IMG/VR virus record: IMGVR_UViG_3300025312_000002
Location: 18,512 to 82,511 of that record
From: a virus
Length of the DNA: 64,000 bases
Direction: 5' to 3' (one strand)
Part shown: positions 30,804 through 38,274 of the stretch, piece by piece
How the letters are laid out: every line of letters begins with the position of its first letter
Position numbering within the stretch: position 1 is the stretch's first letter
Program-made: the position numbers and the translations under genes
Notes under the pieces: generated by a model
Told to the model about the DNA's origin: nothing
What the model saw: the letters and a program-made list of their open reading frames with translations, nothing else
Database searches by the model: none

Positions 30804-31640
30804 TTAATGAACCATCTCAAACGCTCTTGCAATAGCAGGTTCCAATTCAGCTCTTCTTACTTCTGAAGTAACATTGTGGGTTACAAACTGTGTTAAAACA
30901 GAATTGAAATCCCACATTGTAGCTTCACCTTGAGAAATTGCATCAGGTAAAAGCAGATTTGAAGAAATCTCCGGCAATTTTTCGATTTTTTCCTTTTCTC
31001 CTCCAGAAAAGGGAAGAGCCTCCCACATAGCTTGATATGTATCAGCCGTCAATTTCTTTTCAGCCCACTGCTTCCACAATCCTACTTGATCGGAATAGGA
31101 TTGCATTCCGTCTTGTATGCTTTTTGTTAATTGTTCGGGATCAAGTGATAGGATGTGACGCTTGGCAAACTTGCTGAAAGTTTTACCTACTGCCATCCCG
31201 TTTGAACACACAATCCTGAAAGCTCCAAACATCGAAATATATTTCCAACCTAAATCGTAGGATGTCCGGATTGTGATTTGGGGGTTAACAAAATCATCTT
31301 TTTTAATCTCATACTTTGTATCACCCATTAAAGCTTTGATTGACATCTTGCCTCCATCAGCAATAATATTGGGTTCAACTGTGATTGTCCCAAATTCAGG
31401 AAGTTTAGCTACAGAATCTTCCACCATTTTGATAATATCTTCATAGTGGACAACTCTGTACTGATCAGAACAAATTCCAAACACAGTGTTTGTGTTCTGA
31501 TCTACAATAGCTTTCTTTCCATCAATCCTGAATTCAGGACGCTTCCCAAACCAAACAGGCTCCAATACAGGATCAGGAAATTCTAGTGTTGCATACCTTG
31601 TTCTTACTTCCATTCTTTGTTCTTGTGTTAAACTTTCCAT
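30804..31640 (-). CDS. DUF932-like protein
   Basis: S..Y.VV, TSYD, FRIVCSNG..H motif. Confidence 0.75.
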   Translation of the reverse strand: MESLTQEQRMEVRTRYATLEFPDPVLEPVWFGKRPEFRIDGKKAIVDQNTNTVFGICSDQYRVVHYEDIIKMVEDSVAKLPEFGTITVEPNIIADGGKMSIKALMGDTKYEIKKDDFVNPQITIRTSYDLGWKYISMFGAFRIVCSNGMAVGKTFSKFAKRHILSLDPEQLTKSIQDGMQSYSDQVGLWKQWAEKKLTADTYQAMWEALPFSGGEKEKIEKLPEISSNLLLPDAISQGEATMWDFNSVLTQFVTHNVTSEVRRAELEPAIARAFEMVH

Positions 31641-31677
31641 TTTTCTCTCCTTTTCTTTAAATTGTTTTTACACCTCC

Positions 31678-31736
31678 AGCAAGACTTTGGACTTGCTTGT
31701 GCATTAGCAGGAATTTTGCTATTCCTGCCCATCTGC
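31678..31736 (-). ncRNA. candidate twister ribozyme (permuted, P5-type-like), copy 1
   Basis: GCA-GA-UGG-[P1 GCAGGAAU/AUUCCUGC]-UAA-UGC-AC-[P4 AGCAAG-U-CCA-AA-GU-CUUGCU]; UGG/CCA and AC/GU pseudoknots. Confidence 0.65.
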
Positions 31737-32458
31737 TATTCAGTTACTGTGCTAAGTACATGAATTGTTCTTGCTCTCCATTTGTTGCCTGCTTTGTGAA
31801 TATCAATTATTCTGGCTTTTACTTTAATAATTTCATCCCTATTCCAGTCAAAAGCAGCTTGATAAGAAGGCCAAAGGTACCAACCGGGATGGCATTCTGT
31901 ATCTGCTGTGGAAAATACTTCACATCCGTAGATTCGATCATTAACTAAAAATTTTCCTGCTATTGGAGAAGTTCTTAATCTATATCCAAACACATAAGCA
32001 TCATCCACTTCTTTGAAATCAGAAACATCAGCATTTGGAATATTATTCGGATCAAGGCAGGTTTTTTCTAAGTTTGCACCCCACAAGTCTGCATTCCGCA
32101 AGTTTGCACCCCACAAGTTTGCATTCTGCAAGTTTGCATTCTGCAAGTCCGCATTCCGCAAGTTTGCACCCCACAAGTCTGCATTCCGAAAGTTTGCATT
32201 CTGCAAGTCCGCATTCCGCAAGTTTGCACCCCACAAGTCTGCATTCTGCAAGTTTGCATTCTGCAAGTCTGCATTCTGCAAGTTTGCATTCCGAAAGTCT
32301 GCACCCCACAAGTCTGCATTCTGCAAGTTTGCATTCTGCAAGTCTGCATTCTGCAAGTTTGCATTCCGAAAGTTTGCATTCTGCAAGTTTGCATTCCGCA
32401 AGTCTGCTTCCGGCACACTAAAAAGCACTGCTCCAGTATTTTTATGCTTGATTTCCAT
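31736..32458 (-). CDS. pentapeptide repeat protein
   Basis: A(D/N)L(R/Q/W)(N/G) repeats encoded by 15-bp tandem units. Confidence 0.92.
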   Translation of the reverse strand: MEIKHKNTGAVLFSVPEADLRNANLQNANFRNANLQNADLQNANLQNADLWGADFRNANLQNADLQNANLQNADLWGANLRNADLQNANFRNADLWGANLRNADLQNANLQNANLWGANLRNADLWGANLEKTCLDPNNIPNADVSDFKEVDDAYVFGYRLRTSPIAGKFLVNDRIYGCEVFSTADTECHPGWYLWPSYQAAFDWNRDEIIKVKARIIDIHKAGNKWRARTIHVLSTVTE

Positions 32459-32495
32459 TTTTCTCTCCTTTTCTTTAAATTGTTTTTACACCTCC

Positions 32496-32554
32496 AGCAA
32501 GACTTTGGACTTGCTTGTGCATTAACAGGCTGTTTCCACAGCCTGCCCATCTGC
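32496..32554 (-). ncRNA. candidate twister ribozyme, copy 2
   Basis: Same core as copy 1; P1 replaced by GCAGGCUGU-GGAA-ACAGCCUGU. Confidence 0.65.
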
Positions 32555-32557
32555 TAT

Positions 32558-32998
32558 TTATTTGTTGATTGGAAAATGTTTTTGCTTTTCCTTTACTGCT
32601 TGGATAAACAGTAAATACAAAGCAATACGTTCTTTTGGTGTGTTGTGGGGGGTGAGTATTTTCTCAATAGAGGAATCCCATTCCTCTATTGAGTGTATTT
32701 CACACCCTATTTTCACAAACCCTTGGGAATATTCATTTGCTATGAATATTCCACTGCTCACTAATATGCTGTTGTTTTTTCTAACAACAACATTATTGCC
32801 AAGCTCAACATTATTGCCAAGCTCAACATAATTGCCAAGCTTAACACCTTTGCCAAGCTTAACACCTTCGCCAAGCTCAACATAATTGCCAAGCTTAACA
32901 CCTTTGCCAAGCTTAACACCTTTGCCAAGCTTAACACCTTCGCCAAGCTTAACATCTACTACATCTCCACCAGGATTCGTGTGCTTCTTGTTTTCCAT
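32558..32998 (-). CDS. hexapeptide (left-handed beta-helix-like) repeat protein
   Basis: V(K/E)LG(K/E/N)x repeats, C-terminal IGCEIH.IEEW; start after extended SD. Confidence 0.75.
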   Translation of the reverse strand: MENKKHTNPGGDVVDVKLGEGVKLGKGVKLGKGVKLGNYVELGEGVKLGKGVKLGNYVELGNNVELGNNVVVRKNNSILVSSGIFIANEYSQGFVKIGCEIHSIEEWDSSIEKILTPHNTPKERIALYLLFIQAVKEKQKHFPINK

Positions 32999-33072
32999 TT
33001 TTCTCTCCTTTTCTTTATGAAGCAGAATTGCTCCAGCAAATGCTCCTCCGAGAAGGAGCATTTAAGCAACAA

Positions 33073-33699
33073 TCATGCAACCGTTCCTTTGTAAATCCCA
33101 TGTACATCCTTAACAATCGTAATTCCATGCAACTTTTTAAGATCATCAAAATGGCGCATAGTTCTCATCCAAAGGTCATAATCAGGTAAAGCATTCTTAT
33201 TCAACCCAACATCATTGATGTGCTTTAGAATGTCCACTTTGGACATCCCTGCTTGTAAACAAACATCAATAGCAGCCGCTTGTGTTCCTTCAACATGACC
33301 AAATCCTACCTTAACACGCCCAGAAGGTCTTCCTGTTCCTGTTTTCGACGCTTTCGGAGCTGATTTTGCTGCTTTCGATTGTAAAGCACATTCCGAAGTT
33401 TTTGCTTTGCAGACAGCCGTCGTATCAGGAAAATCTTTTTCGCAGGCGGAACAGTACTTAGAATCAGGATTATAACACTTAACATCCTTACCCCATTCAT
33501 CCTGCAATTCTTGACAAGCATTACTTGGGCATTCCTGATTTGCAGAATTTTCCGAGGAAGTCTCGTCAACAACCTTTGGAGGCAGAGCATTTTCAGCGGT
33601 TGTAACTGCAAGCTGAATCCGCTCAAGAGTCCAAAACTTACTGACTTTAATTCCAAGTTCATCTGCACGATCCATCAACTTCTTTTTCGCTTCATCCAT
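33073..33699 (-). CDS. hypothetical early protein with Cys cluster
   Basis: ORF with extended SD. Confidence 0.65.
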   Translation of the reverse strand: MDEAKKKLMDRADELGIKVSKFWTLERIQLAVTTAENALPPKVVDETSSENSANQECPSNACQELQDEWGKDVKCYNPDSKYCSACEKDFPDTTAVCKAKTSECALQSKAAKSAPKASKTGTGRPSGRVKVGFGHVEGTQAAAIDVCLQAGMSKVDILKHINDVGLNKNALPDYDLWMRTMRHFDDLKKLHGITIVKDVHGIYKGTVA

Positions 33700-33781
33700 T
33701 TTCTCTCCTTTTCTTTAGTTTTGGAGTATAATTACTCCATCAATTCCTCTATCCCAAAGGATAAAGGAAAAGATGCAATCT

Positions 33782-34498
33782 TCATGCTCCGAGCTGTGCA
33801 GCAGACTTTGAATTTCCATTGCCTATTGGACGTGACAAATTAACTCTGTGTCCATCATCTCGACCTCTTGAATAAGCAGCCGAATCTTTCCCGATAGAGA
33901 TACTTGTCATCTTGAGGTTTGGGTATTGCTCCTTCATAAATGAATCCAACTCCTTACCTTTGACAACCATCAACTCTTTACAATCACTCGGGATAAACTC
34001 TTCCCTACGCGCAAAGAGATCATCCAACCTATCCTTTAAAGTCATAGTCATCCCAAAAGCGTAAGTGTTAGCAGAATTTTTGTTGGAATAATATTTGCTT
34101 TCACTCATTTTTCCAACAGTCCTTCTCAGGTATTGGAAAAAGAAGATTGCAACATCCAAATCACCTTTCGTTCCCAGAAAGGAGAAGCCCCAAATGTTTT
34201 TTACCCATTCAGTTCTTCCAACAATCTTACAATCAAAAACTTTTGCAATACATCCTGCAAGATTGAATTCCCAATTCACTCTGACACCCTCAGCTCCATC
34301 AACATCAATTTTGACAAAGTTCTCCGATTTGTTGATATTAGCTTTGAGATCAGCAAATTCCAGGGAATAATCAGCCATAAGCTTTGCTGCCATTCTTTTT
34401 GCGCTTTCAGCTTCATTGCTATTGGAATTCTTATCATCATTCCCAAGCTCCAACAACTTCAAAACCTTTTGGATCATTTCTTGCTTCTTGTTTTCCAT
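33782..34498 (-). CDS. DUF2786-like protein
   Basis: KVLKLLEL..N.NEAESA..MA.KLM..Y; C-terminal AY.RG..G. Confidence 0.8.
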   Translation of the reverse strand: MENKKQEMIQKVLKLLELGNDDKNSNSNEAESAKRMAAKLMADYSLEFADLKANINKSENFVKIDVDGAEGVRVNWEFNLAGCIAKVFDCKIVGRTEWVKNIWGFSFLGTKGDLDVAIFFFQYLRRTVGKMSESKYYSNKNSANTYAFGMTMTLKDRLDDLFARREEFIPSDCKELMVVKGKELDSFMKEQYPNLKMTSISIGKDSAAYSRGRDDGHRVNLSRPIGNGNSKSAAQLGA

Positions 34499-34696
34499 CT
34501 TTTCTCTCCTTTTCTTTAGTGGAACATAATCGTTCCAGAATTGCTTCATACCTTAGCATGAAACAACTCCGCAATGATTACTTTTGGATGATTTTGTAAA
34601 TGAAATATGCAAGTACATAGCTGATTCCAAACAGAACCAGAAAAGCAAGACTGTAGCCCATAATCACTTTACTGCAAAGCATTGTGTTTTCCATTG

Positions 34697-34876
34697 CTAT
34701 TCTCCCAGGGTCTGTGCAAGGCCATTTATTTTCCGACACTCTTCTTGAACAACAGGGTGCCAAACAGGATTGATTTCTGAGCCAACGACATATTCCTTGT
34801 GAGCCCACATTCTGAATTGTTTTTCCTCTTTGTTCGACAAACTACGAAACATTGGATTATTACTTTTGTATTCCAT
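34697..34876 (-). CDS. small early protein
   Basis: MFRSLS..EEKQFR.WA..WHPVVQEEC; extended SD. Confidence 0.6.
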   Translation of the reverse strand: MEYKSNNPMFRSLSNKEEKQFRMWAHKEYVVGSEINPVWHPVVQEECRKINGLAQTLGE

Positions 34877-35528
34877 TTTTCTCTCCTTTTCTTTTTCATA
34901 AGTTTCCCAGGACAATTACTGTAATTGTCCTTTTGGGATTCAAGCACCTCAATAGACATCCGAAAAGATGTATATTCAAGAACTTGGGATATGAACTCTA
35001 TCTAAGCAGTTCATACCCTTCAGCCCCAAAGAAAAAAGAGAGAGAAAACCCTACCCATCATGTTGTTCCTTCCTTCCGGTTCGCTGCAAGCTCAAAAACT
35101 TTAAGAAAACCTTTGGAAATCCTGTCAATTCAGGCGCATTCTCGGGAAACTACCCTTCCCTGCTTTGGATCAATTTTGTTGTAGGACGGGACTCAGGCTC
35201 ACTGGAGGCTACTGCCTGACGACATAAAAGGGAAACAATGTCATCATCCCCTTATGGGTGCAAGCTGTTTATTCAGGAAAAAATCCTTATTGACAACTTA
35301 CAGAATGAGAAAGACAATTGAAGTGGGCAGCACGATTATTACCTGTTTCACCCTTACTTACATGGGAAAGTGTTATCCTGTATCTCATGTTTTCATGAGC
35401 GCTGATAATAATCTAAAGAGCCTTGACTATGACACGGATAAAGTGTCATAGGAACGTGTCAATCGCACGTCCTATAATTGATAACCTCTTAAAATATTGA
35501 CTATCAATTACCTATCTAATATACGCCC

Positions 35529-35557
35529 TATATATATATAGTCTATTTCGTTGTCAA
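35529..35557 (-). promoter_or_regulatory. strong leftward early sigma70 promoter
   Basis: TTGACA-N17-TATATA with A-tract upstream. Confidence 0.7.
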
Positions 35558-35736
35558 GCGTTTTTTTTACTTTCCTTAGTATTTCTTTTGGAGCTCAATT
35601 ATTTCCTATACATAGCAAGGTTTATGGGCTTCTAATATAACAAATTCCGAACTCGTAAAAACCCCAGCAAAATTACACAATTTACCCTTTGCTCCACTTC
35701 TCGGCCCTGAATTCCTGCTCCAAAACCTGAAAATGC

Positions 35737-35833
35737 AAGCTGCTAACTTATTGATTTTGCTAAGATATAAAATGCATAGCAAAATCAATAAGTTAGCAGC
35801 TTATGAATAAAATCAATAAGTTAGCAGCTTATG
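35737..35833. repeat. 26-bp perfect inverted repeat plus 25-bp direct repeat, each unit containing IHF consensus
   Basis: AAGCTGCTAACTTATTGATTTTGCTA (35737-35762) / complement (35777-35802); AAAATCAATAAGTTAGCAGCTTATG at 35781 and 35809. Confidence 0.85.
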
Positions 35834-35884
35834 TCCAGTATAGCCCCTAGCTATAAAAAATATATCAAAATGCAAAGAAAACGC

Positions 35885-35914
35885 TTGACATCCTATATAA
35901 TAGCATGATAAAGG
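35885..35914 (+). promoter_or_regulatory. possible rightward promoter
   Basis: AAAACGCTTGACA, mirror of the leftward -35 context; -10 weak. Confidence 0.4.
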
Positions 35915-36072
35915 AAAAGCGTAAAAAATAATGATCTTTGACAATAAGCTTTTGATTGCAAGAAACTGCACTCAGAACGATATATTGAGAAAGGAAACAA
36001 GCAAGCTCTAAATGCTTGCAAAAGCCTTTTTACGATACTGTATAAACAAACTATGAGAAAAGGGGAAAAATC

Positions 36073-36414
36073 ATGACAAAAATCGTAAAAAGAGGCGAAA
36101 AAGGGAATTTGATTGTCGTATCAGGTGATGCTAGTGATAATGCGATTAGAGCGTTTTTTTCTAAAGCGTCTGTTACTAACTATAGACTCAAAGAAACCTC
36201 TAAAGTGAGCCAATGCAGTGTCATTAATAACATGATCAAGGCTGAGAAAAAAATTTCTGAGATTGCAACAAAATTGATCAGTATGAAGTTATTCCCTGCT
36301 AATCCTGAAAAGTACGAAGGGCAGGAAGAAACAAGGATTTTTAAAGCTTGCGTGCAAAGAGTCAACACGCACTTAGCAGCAAGCAGAGCAAGGGGAATTG
36401 ATTTGAGAGCATAG
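36073..36414 (+). CDS. isolated basic hypothetical protein
   Basis: 113-aa ORF with SD, own promoter and terminator. Confidence 0.65.
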   Translation: MTKIVKRGEKGNLIVVSGDASDNAIRAFFSKASVTNYRLKETSKVSQCSVINNMIKAEKKISEIATKLISMKLFPANPEKYEGQEETRIFKACVQRVNTHLAASRARGIDLRA

Positions 36415-36422
36415 AGTAAACT

Positions 36423-36460
36423 AGGGTAATATCAAAGATAAATGATATTGCCCTTTTTCT
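36423..36460 (+). terminator. intrinsic terminator
   Basis: AGGGTAATATC/GATATTGCCCT stem followed by T-run. Confidence 0.7.
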
Positions 36461-37084
36461 TTGCCTAAAAAACAGGAAAAGAAGACCTCATAAACACCTA
36501 AAATTAGCAATTCTTGACAACAAACCTAAGCATAAAACAGGGTAAACGATAGAAGACAAAGGTAAGAAAAAATAAAGCCTTTAAGGGGCATTAGAATTGA
36601 TTGCCCTCTGTATTGCAGTGATAGCAAGGATTGTAGAAGGTAAAAAACGAGGTAAATTTGAGTTATCAACAGCCTAAAACAGCCTAAAACAGTAAACTAC
36701 CCTCTTAAAGGCACTTTTAAGGCGCGGGATAGGCTAATATAGCTAATAGATAGCTGCAAAGAAAATAGAGAAAAGCTCAGGTCTAAAAGAAGGAAAAGAG
36801 TAAAAGGGGAAGCATAAGAGTAAAAGGGAATAGATACTGAGAAGAAAAGGAAAGATCGTAAAAGCTTTTGAAGAAGTGATGCTAAGAGAAATGTAAAAGA
36901 GAAAATATAAATGTAAAAGAGAAATGACTAAGCAAAATGCTTGAGAGTCTTTTTCCCCTTCTTTTATCCTGTTCTTCATTCCAGAATAGCATAATGATAT
37001 ATATTTGATAGTCAAGGCAGGGTAAAAAACAAAAAACCTAGTAATATCAATGAAGTTTACATAATGTATCTTATAGGACGCAAC

Positions 37085-37171
37085 ATCTAAGTCCCTGTTA
37101 TCATTACCTTAGTGTTTAACTGTCTGTTATCATTCCCTTCGTATCTAACTATCTGTTATCATTAGCTTTCC
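37085..37171 (+). repeat. three 29-bp tandem repeats
   Basis: Core CTGTTATCATT at 37095, 37124, 37153. Confidence 0.8.
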
Positions 37172-37687
37172 ACCCCCCTCGATCTATCTGGATATGGGGG
37201 CGGAAGTTTTTTCAGACAGGGACCACCCCACAATTTATTTCCCATTACTACTAGCCCTTCTTACCTATTCCGTTCTATTAAAAGGAGTAAAACCATACTC
37301 TACTATCTAGAGCAATACATCTATTCCCGACTCAATATAAGATTCCCAGAACAGAAAAGAAACAATTGCTTCTATCTCCTCTACTGCTCTGTTTGGAACA
37401 ATGTATATTCCAATTGCATAGAACACTTAAAAATGAAACCCAAAGACAATAAAATAAAAGAGCTTAAAATACTCAACCTTCCCCTCTGTAGTTTGCAAAA
37501 TTTTATTTCTTTAAATCAAGCACTTACAAACGGGTCATTTTTACCTGTTATCCTTTTTCACTATCGTTAATTTTAACGGAAATGCAGTTTTATGATATAA
37601 TGCTTTTACAGGAAGATTTGACATTAAGTGTCCGTTGTGTTATCTTGCTCGTGAATAAATTTTTTATTGGAAAAGGAATCTTGATTA

Positions 37688-38274
37688 TGGGAATGGACTT
37701 AACTAAAAACAGTTTTGATTTTAATAAAGGGGACATCCGAGAAGGGATGAAGTTGTTTGCCTGGGATGGGATACAAGATTGCTCTGCTGTCCTCTGCTGT
37801 GTTTTTGATAAGTGTTTGTTTCTGAAACGCGGGAAGTGTGCAGTGCATGTAAACTATATCCGTCAACTTACAGACACAATTGCTTGTTCTTATAAATACC
37901 TTGATGAGATGCAGTATTTTAAGATTGGGATGCAGATAGTTCCTTTGTATTCCCATTTGCTTAGATTGAAATTACTCGAAATGTCTTTATCTCAAATCGT
38001 GTTTGAGAATAATAAAGGGATTAAGTTTATTCATCCTGTGTATAAAGAGATAAGGCAGACGTTAATCACAATTCATATGATGTGGAAAGACTTGGAAATA
38101 ACTCCACACATAGCAGACCCTTCATTAGTTCCTCTTTCTTCTAGCAAGATGGAATCCGATCATCTGAAAAGCGAAGAGGATATGATGTTGAATGGAGACG
38201 GGACACATTATGAGCGGATTTCTCAATTAAGTGAAACTAATCCCGACGGAACGCGGAAAAGGAAGATTCGATGA
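37688..38274 (+). CDS. probable terminase small subunit
   Basis: Directly upstream of terL; IHPVY motif reminiscent of P27-type TerS; start uncertain. Confidence 0.55.

Noticed and set aside
30736-30806. Hammerhead-like look (CUUGAUA-GUCC..GGAC-UAAC)
   Set aside because: Lacks CUGANGA and GAAA core; better explained as a member of the intergenic hairpin family
32068-32410. 15-bp tandem repeats resembling a repeat array, with long ORFs in several frames
   Set aside because: Coding repeats of the pentapeptide protein; no unique spacers, so not CRISPR; other frames are shadows
32790-32955. 18-bp tandem repeats
   Set aside because: Encode hexapeptide repeats; no spacers
36743-37015. Hydrophobic 90-aa minus-strand ORF
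   Set aside because: Probably a by-product of a purine-rich low-complexity tract; no SD
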